Source: Caulobacteraceae bacterium
GTDB lineage: Bacteria; Pseudomonadota; Alphaproteobacteria; Caulobacterales; Caulobacteraceae
Length of the DNA: 64,000 nt
Direction: 5' to 3'
Assembly (NCBI GenBank): GCA_036500495.1
Contig: DASYBX010000047.1
Coordinates: 5,888 to 69,887 of the forward strand
Shown here: piece after piece, positions 40,688-48,899 of the stretch
How the letters are laid out: every line of letters begins with the position of its first letter
Numbering within the stretch: position 1 is the stretch's first letter
The notes under the pieces: generated by a model
Databases searched by the model: none
The model's input: the letters and a program-made list of their open reading frames with translations, nothing else
Told to the model about the DNA's origin: nothing
Position numbers and translations under genes: made by a program

Positions 40688-41122
40688 ATGCAGTTCTTCC
40701 GGCACCGACAGCGCGATCTCGACGACATGCCCGACACGGCTCCCGATGCGGCCCCGAGCGCGGCCCCAAGCCCGCGCCGCTCGTTGCGCGATCCCCGCCT
40801 GACCCCCGCCAACCGCTCCCCCGAGGCTCGCGAGGCCTTCGCCGCCGGCCGGCGGCTGGGCCACAGCGAGGCGCGCGCGCGCCGACGCCGCCATCCGATG
40901 CTCGGCCTGCTGGTGGCGATCGTCGCCGTGGCCGGCGCGGCCATGCTGGTCCTGGCGGCGCGTGAGGGCTCTTTCGCCCGCGGCGGCCAACTGGTGGACC
41001 AGAACCTGCAGGTCGCGGCCGGCCAAGCCCAGACGGCGGGGGCCGATGCCCTCGCGCGCACCGGCGAGGCCATCCGCGACGCCGGCGCCTCGCTGGAGCA
41101 GAAGACGTCGGCGACCCGGTGA
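40688..41122 (+). CDS. hypothetical single-pass membrane protein (EcfG promoter upstream)
   Basis: 144 aa, one TM (MLGLLVAIVAVAGAAMLVLAA), GGAG SD, GC-rich third positions. Confidence 0.55.
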   Translation: MQFFRHRQRDLDDMPDTAPDAAPSAAPSPRRSLRDPRLTPANRSPEAREAFAAGRRLGHSEARARRRRHPMLGLLVAIVAVAGAAMLVLAAREGSFARGGQLVDQNLQVAAGQAQTAGADALARTGEAIRDAGASLEQKTSATR

Positions 41123-41132
41123 GGCCTGACGC

Positions 41133-42095
41133 ATGGCCGTAGGGGGGGTGGAGCAGGACTTGACGGCGGTCGCGGCGCGGCCGGTGTTTTCGCGCATCGA
41201 GATCGTCGCCAACGAACGGTCCGGCAGTGTCGGTGTCGGCGCCGCGGCCGAGGCCGAGGCCCTGGCCCGCGAATTCGGTTTCGACGCCCACGCCAGCGTG
41301 CTCGATCCCGACGCCATGGTCGAGGGGCTGAAGGCCGCCCTGGCCACCCGTCCGGACCTTCTGGTCGTGCTTGGCGGCGACGGCACCGCCGGCGCGGCGG
41401 CGGCCCTGACCGGACCGCACGGGCCCCTGCTCGCGCCCCTGCCGGGGGGCACCATGAACATCCTGCCCCACGCCCTCTATGGCCGCCGCGACTGGAAGAG
41501 CGCCCTGCGCCTGATCCTCGAGGACGGTCGCGAACGGCCCGTGGCGGGGGGTGAACTCGGCGGCCGGAGCTTCTATGTGGCGGCGGTGCTCGGCAATCCG
41601 GCCCTGTGGGCGCCGGCGCGCGAGGCCCTGCGCGCGCGGCAGTTCTGGCTGGCGGTAGATAGGGCGCTCTACGCCTGGCGACGCTGCTTCCGCCGCAAGC
41701 TGCGCTTTTCGCTGGACGGCTCTCCGCACCGCAAGGCCGAGGCCCTCGCCCTGCTGTGCCCCCTGATCTCACGCAACCTGCCCGACGACGCCGCCACGCT
41801 GGAAGCCGCGGCGATCGACCCGCACTCCTGGGGCGAGGTCCTGCGCCTGGGCCTGGCGGCCCTGCTGCAGCCCCTGTTCGGTCCGGCGCTGGGCGGCGAC
41901 TGGCGCGGGGACCCGGCGGTAGCCACCGGCCATTGCGTCGAGGGCCACGCCTACGCCCGGCGGCACATTAACGCCGTCATCGACGGCGAGCCGGTGCGCC
42001 TGCCGCGCACCGTGCACATCCGCTTCCGGCCGGTGGCCTTCCGCGCCCTGGTCCCGGCGACAGACCCGCACCAGTCCGACGCGTCGCAGGTCTAG
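41133..42095 (+). CDS. diacylglycerol/lipid kinase catalytic-domain protein (YegS/LCB5-like)
   Basis: DLLVVLGGDGTAGAAA motif and GGTMNILP. Confidence 0.8.
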   Translation: MAVGGVEQDLTAVAARPVFSRIEIVANERSGSVGVGAAAEAEALAREFGFDAHASVLDPDAMVEGLKAALATRPDLLVVLGGDGTAGAAAALTGPHGPLLAPLPGGTMNILPHALYGRRDWKSALRLILEDGRERPVAGGELGGRSFYVAAVLGNPALWAPAREALRARQFWLAVDRALYAWRRCFRRKLRFSLDGSPHRKAEALALLCPLISRNLPDDAATLEAAAIDPHSWGEVLRLGLAALLQPLFGPALGGDWRGDPAVATGHCVEGHAYARRHINAVIDGEPVRLPRTVHIRFRPVAFRALVPATDPHQSDASQV

Positions 42096-42102
42096 GCCCC
42101 AA

Positions 42103-42918
42103 ATGCTGCGCCTGCTGCACCTCACCGACATCCACTTCGGGGCCGAGAACACCCTGGCCGCCGCCGCCGTGGCGGACTACGCGCAGAAGCAGACGTTCGA
42201 CCTCCTGGTGTTGAGCGGCGACGTCACTCAGGACGGGCGCCCGATCGAGTTCGAAGCAGCCGCGCGCTGGTACGGCGCCCTCCCCGGGCCCAAGATGGTG
42301 ACGCCCGGCAACCACGACATGCCCCAGGTTCATCCGGCGCGCCTGTTCGACCCTTTCGGCCGCTACGAGAAGCGCTTCGGCCCCGCCGGCAGCGCCTGGT
42401 TCGATGGTCCGGGGCTGGCGGTGCGCGCCTTCAACACGGCCCGCGGCATCCAATTCCGGCCCAACTGGTCCAAGGGCGCGCTCGCCCCCGGTCAGGCCCG
42501 AGCCGTGGCCGCCGACCTGGCCAAGGCCCCGCCGGGGGTGCTCAGGGTCGCGGTCTGCCACCATCCCCTGGTCGAGGTCCCCCACGGGCCGATGACCGGG
42601 CGGGTGGTCGGCGGGCCGGCGGGCGCCAAGCAGTTGGCCGAGGCGGGCGTGGACCTGATCCTGTCGGGCCATGTGCACACGCCGTTCTGCTTTGCCCTGC
42701 CCTTCGCCGACGAGCGCACCTATTCGGTGGGTGCGGCCACCCTGTCGCTGCGCGAGCGCGGGACGCCGGCGGGCTTCAATGTGATCGAGGTCGAGCCCGG
42801 TTGCATCCGGGTGAAGGCCATGGCCTGGACCGGATCCAGCTTCGAGGCGTCCCGGACCTGGGCGTTGGACCGGCGGCAGGCCGCAGAGCCGGGCGCACAA
42901 TCCGACGCTGGCCGGTAG
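42103..42918 (+). CDS. metallophosphoesterase (calcineurin-like)
   Basis: LLHLTDIHFG, LSGDVTQDG, PGNHD, CHHPL, SGHVHTPF motifs. Confidence 0.85.
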   Translation: MLRLLHLTDIHFGAENTLAAAAVADYAQKQTFDLLVLSGDVTQDGRPIEFEAAARWYGALPGPKMVTPGNHDMPQVHPARLFDPFGRYEKRFGPAGSAWFDGPGLAVRAFNTARGIQFRPNWSKGALAPGQARAVAADLAKAPPGVLRVAVCHHPLVEVPHGPMTGRVVGGPAGAKQLAEAGVDLILSGHVHTPFCFALPFADERTYSVGAATLSLRERGTPAGFNVIEVEPGCIRVKAMAWTGSSFEASRTWALDRRQAAEPGAQSDAGR

Positions 42919-42920
42919 CG

Positions 42921-42953
42921 CAAAAGAAAAGCGCCGCAGGGAGCCTGCGGCGC
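42921..42953 (-). terminator. rho-independent terminator of the DUF1328 paralog
   Basis: Minus strand gcgccgcag-gctcc-ctgcggcgc followed by TTTTCTTTTG. Confidence 0.65.
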
Positions 42954-42975
42954 TGATCTCAGAGTGTCGCTGGCG

Positions 42976-43146
42976 TCAGGGCGCCCGGCCCCTGACCATG
43001 TGCATGATCAGGGAAACGACCAGCAGCACCAGGAAGACGTAGAACAGGATCTTGGCGATCCCGGCCGCCGCGCCCGCGATGCCGGCGAAGCCGAGCAGAC
43101 CCGCGATCAGGGCGATGACCAGGAAGACGAGGGCCCAGGAGAGCAT
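42976..43146 (-). CDS. DUF1328 (UPF0391) small membrane protein, second copy (56 aa, not in ORF track)
   Basis: Own translation: [56 protein letters not shown]. Paralog of 38486..38659. Confidence 0.75.
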   Translation of the reverse strand: MLSWALVFLVIALIAGLLGFAGIAGAAAGIAKILFYVFLVLLVVSLIMHMVRGRAP

Positions 43147-43314
43147 GGATACGGCCTTTCACGTTTCGAAGGGCCGGTTCCGGGATCATCCACGCGCGGG
43201 CTGCCCAGCGTATGTCCTCCAGAACCGGCCTGTTTTCGGAACGTGCGAGCTGGAGCCGGGTTTCCCGCCCCTGTCTCGCCCTGCCGCTTCCCTACTCGAG
43301 GGCGAGGCCTCGGC

Positions 43315-43935
43315 TCACGGGTGCTTCCAGACCGCGCCCTGGCCCTTGGCGGCGGCCAGCTGGCCGGCGGCGAACGCCCAGTTGGGGACGGCGTCGAACC
43401 AGGCCTTCAGGAAGGCAGCCCGGTCGTTGCGGTAGTCGACGTAATAGGCGTGCTCCCAGAGGTCGCAGACCAGGAGGGGAGTGAGGTCCTTGGTCAGCAG
43501 GTTCTCGCCGTCATGCGACTGGACGACGCTGAGCACGCCGGACTTGTCGGCCGCCAGCCATACCCAGCCCGAACCGAAGTGGGCCGCGCCCTCGTCGCAG
43601 AACTTGGTCTTCAGGCCTTCCAGGCCGCCGAAGGCCGCGTCGATCGCCTGGGCCAGGTCGCCGGCGGGAGCGGACTTGTCGGGCGTCATGCACACCCAGA
43701 AGAAGGTGTGGTTCCACGCCTGGGCGGCGTTGTTGAACAGCTTCTTCTCGCCGTCCTTGGCGGCCTTGACCACCACGTCCTCGAGGGAGCCCACGTCGCC
43801 GCGGTCCTTGAGGATGTCGTTCATGACGGTGAAGTAACGAGCGTGGTGCTTGTCGTGGTGGAGGTGCAGGGTCTCCGACGACATGGTCGGCTGCAGGGCG
43901 TCGTAGCCATAGGGCAGGTCGGGAAGCGTGAACAT
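43315..43935 (-). CDS. sodB: superoxide dismutase (Fe type)
   Basis: FTLPDLPY, HHDKHH, FNNAAQAWNHTFFW, DLWEHAYYVDYRN motifs. Start at ATG 43935. Confidence 0.95.
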   Translation of the reverse strand: MFTLPDLPYGYDALQPTMSSETLHLHHDKHHARYFTVMNDILKDRGDVGSLEDVVVKAAKDGEKKLFNNAAQAWNHTFFWVCMTPDKSAPAGDLAQAIDAAFGGLEGLKTKFCDEGAAHFGSGWVWLAADKSGVLSVVQSHDGENLLTKDLTPLLVCDLWEHAYYVDYRNDRAAFLKAWFDAVPNWAFAAGQLAAAKGQGAVWKHP

Positions 43936-44014
43936 GGGGAGGAGCTCCAAGGTTCGCCGAACGTCCGCCGGCTGGCAGGCGTCCCATTGATTGAGACAGT
44001 CTTCAGGCTCTAGC

Positions 44015-44425
44015 TCAGCCCTTCTTGCTCGGCCGCGGTTTGGGGTCGAGAAACGCCTTCACAACCACGGCCGTCAGGCCAGGGTTGCGGATAGCCAGGA
44101 AGATCGCGCCGATCAAGGCGCCAAGGGCGATCACCGGCTTGTCCTGCGCCATGCCCATCAGACGTTGCAGCATGTCCTGCTCGTCCTCGGGCTTGGCCGG
44201 ATGGCGGCCCGGCTTGAGAATCCACCGCTCCAGCCCGAGGCCGACGATCAGCATCAGCAGGCCGGCGACCAGCACGATCACCGCCCCCGAGCCGGCCGGG
44301 CCCAGGTAGGGCCTCATCAGGCCGTAGACCGCCATCGCCCCGGCGACCACCATCACCGCGGCGGAAGCCGCGAGCATGGCGGCGCCGATGACGGCGATGA
44401 TGATCTTGCGGAGGATCGCCCTCAC
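44015..44425 (-). CDS. hypothetical polytopic membrane protein co-transcribed with the DUF883 gene (holin-X/YqjE-like placement)
   Basis: GTG 44425 overlaps the DUF883 stop (GTGA). VRAILRKIIIAVIGAAMLAASAAVMVVAGAMAVYG... has 3-4 TM helices. Confidence 0.55.
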   Translation of the reverse strand: MRAILRKIIIAVIGAAMLAASAAVMVVAGAMAVYGLMRPYLGPAGSGAVIVLVAGLLMLIVGLGLERWILKPGRHPAKPEDEQDMLQRLMGMAQDKPVIALGALIGAIFLAIRNPGLTAVVVKAFLDPKPRPSKKG

Positions 44426-44718
44426 TGCTTGCGGCCGGCCAGCAGGTAGCCGACCAGCACGCCCACGCCCAGCGCGGCCAGGGTGGCGGTGATCGGGCGC
44501 TCCTGCACCCGGTCGGTGACGTATTGCTGGGCGGTTTCGAACCCTTCGCCGGCGACGTCGGCGTAGTCGCGCGAACGCTCCTTCAGCTCCGCCAGGCCTT
44601 CCTTGATCGCCTGCTCCGCGCGCTTGGCCAGCTCGGCCAGGGATTTCTCGGTCTGGGCGGCCACGTCGGCGGCGATCTTGGTGACGGCGTCGGCGTTGGC
44701 GGCGGTGTCGGCGGACAT
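44422..44718 (-). CDS. DUF883 (ElaB/YqjD-like) stress-associated tail-anchored protein
   Basis: 98 aa. Helical N-terminus and C-terminal anchor ATLAALGVGVLVGYLLAGRK. Confidence 0.8.
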   Translation of the reverse strand: MSADTAANADAVTKIAADVAAQTEKSLAELAKRAEQAIKEGLAELKERSRDYADVAGEGFETAQQYVTDRVQERPITATLAALGVGVLVGYLLAGRKQ

Positions 44719-44765
44719 GTTCAGCTCCCCACTCCAGAATGCTCTGGGCCCTGGGCGTCATCAGC

Positions 44766-44790
44766 AACGCCGGCCCCATCCTGCAGTTCC
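44766..44790 (-). promoter_or_regulatory. EcfG-type promoter of the DUF883 operon
   Basis: Minus strand GGAAC-tgcaggatggggccgg-CGTT. Perfect. Confidence 0.75.
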
Positions 44791-44842
44791 GACCATAGGA
44801 CGGACCGGCGACGGCTTGAAGTGAGCCCGGGCAGATTCACGT

Positions 44843-45475
44843 TCAGGGAATCGCAGGCGTCGGCGTCTTGGCCGCCCGCCGCCTGCCGACCGTCATCAAC
44901 CCGTTCATGACCGGAGGCAGGCGCACGACCAGCAGCAAGACCACGATCGACAGATAGATCTGCGGCTGGGTGTAGTCGATGTTGGACTGCCACAGGGCGT
45001 GCAGGCTCACCATCAGCATCACCGGATAGATCACCGCGTGCAGCCGCCGCCAGGCGCGCGGCCCCATCCGGCGCACGAAGCCGTTGGTCGAGGTGACCGC
45101 CAGGGGGATCAGCAGCACCAGGCACAGGATGCCGAGCGGGATGTAGAGCCGCCGCTCCCAGATACGCAGGGGAAACTCCCAGACCCGGCCGTAGAACAAG
45201 TAGAAGATCCCGTGCGCCGCGGCATAGGTGAAGCCGAACAGGCCAACCGTGCGCTTGTAGCGGTGCAGGATCGGGGCCCGCAGCAGCCGCGCCAGGGGCG
45301 ACAGGGCAAAGCCGGCGATCAGGATGCGGATCGCCCACAGCCCCTCCTGCTGCACCAGGGCGTCGCGCTGGCGCATGGCGCCGAAGAAGGCGGTCCACTG
45401 CAGGAACGGCAGGGGCGCGGCGAGGGCCAGCCACACCAGCCAATAGACGAGCCGGTCGCGCGCCCTGCTCGGCAT
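44843..45475 (-). CDS. msrQ: MsrQ/YedZ-like ferric-reductase-type heme-binding membrane subunit
   Basis: 6 TM helices. Conserved His in FGFTYAAAHGIFY and RRLHAVIYPV. Start at ATG 45475. Confidence 0.75.
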   Translation of the reverse strand: MPSRARDRLVYWLVWLALAAPLPFLQWTAFFGAMRQRDALVQQEGLWAIRILIAGFALSPLARLLRAPILHRYKRTVGLFGFTYAAAHGIFYLFYGRVWEFPLRIWERRLYIPLGILCLVLLIPLAVTSTNGFVRRMGPRAWRRLHAVIYPVMLMVSLHALWQSNIDYTQPQIYLSIVVLLLVVRLPPVMNGLMTVGRRRAAKTPTPAIP

Positions 45476-45657
45476 GCGGAATATGGGCGGCAAGATCGAC
45501 GGCGCCCTCGACACGCACCCTCCCCCTCTCATCATTCTTGCGCTACCGGCCTAGCGCCCTGCTCGATCGCGTTGCGAGGGGCCACGATAGCGGCGTCGCT
45601 GCGCCTTCGCCAAGGGCCGGCAGGTCTGCCTACGCGCTCTCCTGGCTGCGGCCACGC

Positions 45658-46071
45658 TCAGTTGCAGTTGGTCTGTGATCCTGTGCGCACGCAGGTCACG
45701 ACCTCGCCGTCGGGACCTGTGATGACGGTGGTGTTGCCGACTGTCTGCGACCTCGATCCGTCACTGCCGATCGTCACGCCGCCGACTCGCGAATAGGTGG
45801 TCCCGTCAGAGCTGACGATCGTTCCGCCCAGCTTGCGATAGGTCCGGCTTTGCTGGCGGTCCCCGCCGTACGGCGGGCCTCCTGGGGTCACGACGGCGGT
45901 CCCCCCTGTTGTCTGTTGAGTCGCACCATCCGGGCCGACGATGACGGCCCCGACCTGCGAATAGGTTCCAGGCCCCGTATAGACGATCTGGGCCCCGGCA
46001 AGTGCCGGAACCGACATCGCGGCCACCGCCGCGAGCAATACTTTGCGCAAGTGAACCTCCCCAGGATGCAT
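45658..46071 (-). CDS. secreted protein with about four 14-16 aa Y-x-x-(V/L)G-x-x-(I/V)-x-x-x-DG repeats
   Basis: Signal peptide ...AMSVPALAGA. Repeats YSQVGAVIVGPDGAT / YRKLGGTIVSSDGTT / YSRVGGVTIGSDGSR / QTVGNTTVITGPDGEV. C-terminal C-x7-C. Confidence 0.5.
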   Translation of the reverse strand: MHPGEVHLRKVLLAAVAAMSVPALAGAQIVYTGPGTYSQVGAVIVGPDGATQQTTGGTAVVTPGGPPYGGDRQQSRTYRKLGGTIVSSDGTTYSRVGGVTIGSDGSRSQTVGNTTVITGPDGEVVTCVRTGSQTNCN

Positions 46072-46104
46072 AGCCAAGCTAGCACGCAACCTGGGGAGTG
46101 TCAG

Positions 46105-46410
46105 TCAAGCGGCGCAGAGCGTCTTCTTGGCCATCTTGCCCTTGGCGTCGCGGCACTTGCCCTTGGCGTCGAGCTTGTAGTCGCCCTTGGCGGCCGCAGC
46201 CGGGGCGGCCGCGACGGTGGCCGCGGGGGCGCGCTTGGCGGTCTCCGCAGCGGCGGTCGTGGTGCCCTTCACGCCCTTGCACACGTCGGCCTTGGCGAAT
46301 TTGCCGGACGCATCGTGGCACTTGCCGTTCTTGTCGAGGGTCTGGGCTTGGACGGTCGGCGCGGCGACAGCGATCATCGCCAGGGCGGCCAGAAGCATAA
46401 CGGGGCGCAT
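46105..46410 (-). CDS. secreted Lys-rich protein with two Cys-pair repeats
   Basis: Signal peptide MRPVMLLAALAMIAVAAPTVQA. DKNGKCHDASGKFAKADVCKG and DAKGKCRDAKGKMAKKTLCAA. AGGGAGA SD. Confidence 0.5.
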   Translation of the reverse strand: MRPVMLLAALAMIAVAAPTVQAQTLDKNGKCHDASGKFAKADVCKGVKGTTTAAAETAKRAPAATVAAAPAAAAKGDYKLDAKGKCRDAKGKMAKKTLCAA

Positions 46411-46544
46411 GGGTGTCTCCCTTTGTTTCCCCACGGAAACGGTTCGAGGGGAACACCCATGTTCTCGGGAAGCAAGCTGAACAGTAGTTGAACGGCTGGG
46501 CTATGTAGTTGATCTTCCGAACAAAAGATGAACATGATCGAGGC

Positions 46545-46991
46545 ATGGAGACCCTCGCCATCGTCACCCTGTCGCGGCCCGAGCTCTCGAGACCGGAGAC
46601 CACGGGCCTGGTCACCCGTGGCGCGGCGCGGTTGATGATCGACCTGGGCTATGCACCGCTGCTGGAGGTGGGCCTGCCCAACGGCCGGCGGGCCGACGTG
46701 ATGGCGCTGGGGCCCCGGGGCGAGATCGCCATCTGCGAGGTGAAGTCCGGCCCCGAAGACTATCTGGCCGACCGCAAGTGGGGCGACTACCTACCCTACT
46801 GCGACCGCTTCTTCTTCGCCGTGGCCCCGGAGTTTCCGCAAACCCTGCTGCCGGACGAGCCCGGCCTGATCGTCGCCGACGCCTTCGGCGGCGAAGTCCT
46901 GCGCGAGGCTCCGCATACGCCCCTGGCCGGCGCGCGGCGCAAGGCCCTGACCCTGGCGTTCGCGAGATTGGCGGCCATGAGGGCCACCTAG
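46545..46991 (+). CDS. mmcB: MmcB-family DNA repair protein (PD-(D/E)xK-like)
   Basis: GRRADVMALGPRGEIAICEVKSGPEDYLADRKWGDYLPYCDRFFFAV. Matches my recollection of Caulobacter MmcB-type proteins. Confidence 0.7.
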   Translation: METLAIVTLSRPELSRPETTGLVTRGAARLMIDLGYAPLLEVGLPNGRRADVMALGPRGEIAICEVKSGPEDYLADRKWGDYLPYCDRFFFAVAPEFPQTLLPDEPGLIVADAFGGEVLREAPHTPLAGARRKALTLAFARLAAMRAT

Positions 46992-47040
46992 TCGATATTC
47001 GATGCTTGGCGGTCGACCGCGCCTCGTTCGACGGACGGGT

Positions 47041-48762
47041 CTAAGCCGCCGGGGCTGCGCGCGCTGCGGAAGACGCCATCAGGGGGCGCAGCTTTTCGAT
47101 GGTCTCCGGGCTCCTGGCCAGGTCGGCGCGGATTTCGGGGACCTTGCTCAGCTTGAGCGCGGCGTCCTTGGCGCGCTGGGCCGCGGGGCCCTGGGGCGCG
47201 ATCTCCCCGGCAGCCATGCGCACCAGGATGTTCAGCCGCTGCACCGGCGGCAGGGGCGAGCGCAGCAGGGTGGCGACGACCTGGGCGTCCTGCTCGACGA
47301 GGCCGCCGAGGTCGCCCAGGCGCCGGTTCAGCATCGTCTTCTCAGACTCCGGCAGGTCGACGCGGGCGATGGCCTTCTGCAGTTCGGCCAGGGCGCCGAG
47401 CTTGGTCAGGGCCTGGTCGCGGGCCGCGCGCATCTCGCGCTCCAGGCGCAGGGCGGTCACCGCCCCCACCAGCCACTGGGCGGCCTGGTTCTTGTTGGCC
47501 GCACCGGTCACGTTCTCGGCCAGGCGGACGAGGGCGCGCACCTCGTCCTCGGCGGTCTTGGTGTCGGCGACCACGGCGGTCACGAACTCGGCCCCGATCA
47601 GCATCGAGGAGCGCTGGATGAAGGCGTCGCGGATGTCCTCGGCAGACAGCATCTTGCCCTGGCTGGCGGTCAGGGCCATCGCCAGGGCCCGCAGCAGGTC
47701 GATCTCGGCGTTGGTGTCGCTGGGGCGCAGGCGCCGCGAGCTCTTGATCTCGCTGATCACCCGCTTGCCGATGGCCATGCGCACCGCCTGGAAGTAGGCG
47801 CCTTCCATCCAGCGCGACAGGCGCTTGGCCGCACCGTCCAGCGCCGGCATCGAGCGATTCACCGAGGGATCGACGGTGGAGATGGCGTCGACGATCTGGC
47901 CCGCTGACAGCCGCGTGAGCGCCGCCAGGCTGCCGCCGAGGTCGAGTTCGGGGCCGAGCAGTTCGGCCATGCCCTGGCGCGAACCCAGGATCTCGCCGAG
48001 CGGCTGCTCGATCACCTCGAAGGCCAGGGCGCGGGCGCGCGGATCGGCGGGCGCGTCGTCGGCCAAGTCGAGCAGGCGGTCGATCTTGTCGCGCCAGGTC
48101 TTGGCGTCGGCCAGGTACGCGGCCACCCCGCCGCCGAGCTTGTAGGCCGCCTCGGGATCCTCCAGCAGGCGGGCGCAGGCCACCGCGAACGGCTCGGTCT
48201 TGAAGTTGGCGAACTTGCCCTGGCGGCCGTCGGCGATCAGCCGGCCGATGGCGCGCTCGATCAGGCCGTTGAAGGTGCGGATCACCTCGTGGACCGAGAC
48301 GCCCCGGTCCTGGGCCTCGGGGATGGCGATCTTCTGCACCGCGTGCTGCAGGTCGGTGCCCGAGGCCTCCAGCTTCTCGGCCAGGTCGGGCCGGTGCAGC
48401 AGTTCGAATGGGGTGGCCTTGTAGCGGCCGAGCCAGCCTTCGAGCAGGCGCACGATGCGCTGGCGCGCGTGCATGCTGTAGAGGTCCTGCGGCGTCACGC
48501 AGGCCGGGCCCGCGTCCTCGAGCCCCATCTTGCTCTTCTTGGGCGCCGCGGCGCCCTTGCTCAGGATGGTGACGCTGGCGTATTCGCCGGTCTCGGGGTC
48601 GAGCACCTCTTTGGACACGCGCACGGCCACCGAGCCGCTCTCCAGCAGCTCCTCGGCATAGGCCATGGCCCGTGCGCGGTCTTCCGTCGCCATTTCCAGA
48701 ACGAGATTGGCGTTCTGGTTTCGGCGCGCGAAGACTTCGAAGTGGATAGGCCCGTCGCTCAT
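47041..48762 (-). CDS. large conserved-looking hypothetical protein (573 aa, all-helical after a small N-domain)
   Basis: Uninterrupted ORF with strong GC3 bias. No motif I can assign. Divergent from chvI. Confidence 0.7.
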   Translation of the reverse strand: MSDGPIHFEVFARRNQNANLVLEMATEDRARAMAYAEELLESGSVAVRVSKEVLDPETGEYASVTILSKGAAAPKKSKMGLEDAGPACVTPQDLYSMHARQRIVRLLEGWLGRYKATPFELLHRPDLAEKLEASGTDLQHAVQKIAIPEAQDRGVSVHEVIRTFNGLIERAIGRLIADGRQGKFANFKTEPFAVACARLLEDPEAAYKLGGGVAAYLADAKTWRDKIDRLLDLADDAPADPRARALAFEVIEQPLGEILGSRQGMAELLGPELDLGGSLAALTRLSAGQIVDAISTVDPSVNRSMPALDGAAKRLSRWMEGAYFQAVRMAIGKRVISEIKSSRRLRPSDTNAEIDLLRALAMALTASQGKMLSAEDIRDAFIQRSSMLIGAEFVTAVVADTKTAEDEVRALVRLAENVTGAANKNQAAQWLVGAVTALRLEREMRAARDQALTKLGALAELQKAIARVDLPESEKTMLNRRLGDLGGLVEQDAQVVATLLRSPLPPVQRLNILVRMAAGEIAPQGPAAQRAKDAALKLSKVPEIRADLARSPETIEKLRPLMASSAARAAPAA

Positions 48763-48899
48763 GGACTCCCCAAGTCCTCCAACATGCGACTGGTAAGCTT
48801 AATATCGCGTTGAAGAGGAACCGCTTGCGTTGCCGCAGGCTTTTCGAGCGCATAGATTCGGCTGGCACGGCCGGCGTGGGGCCCGACAGAAGGCGTAAG

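Noticed and set aside
39727-41772. 681-aa minus-strand ORF, and 40269..41729 (486 aa)
   Set aside because: Arg/Pro/Gly-rich junk running through several real genes and an intergenic sRNA region. Only the last 95 codons of the second ORF (lipoprotein, 40269-40556) look genuine.
43951-44014. EcfG-like promoter upstream of sodB (minus strand GGACG-N16-CGTT)
   Set aside because: Two mismatches in the critical -35 GGAAC element, so it is not comparable to the other sites.
46455-46480. Alphaproteobacterial LexA box (GTTC-N7-GTTC) near mmcB
   Set aside because: GAAC-N6-GTTC and the GTTC/GAAC fragments present have the wrong spacing or orientation for the direct-repeat SOS box.
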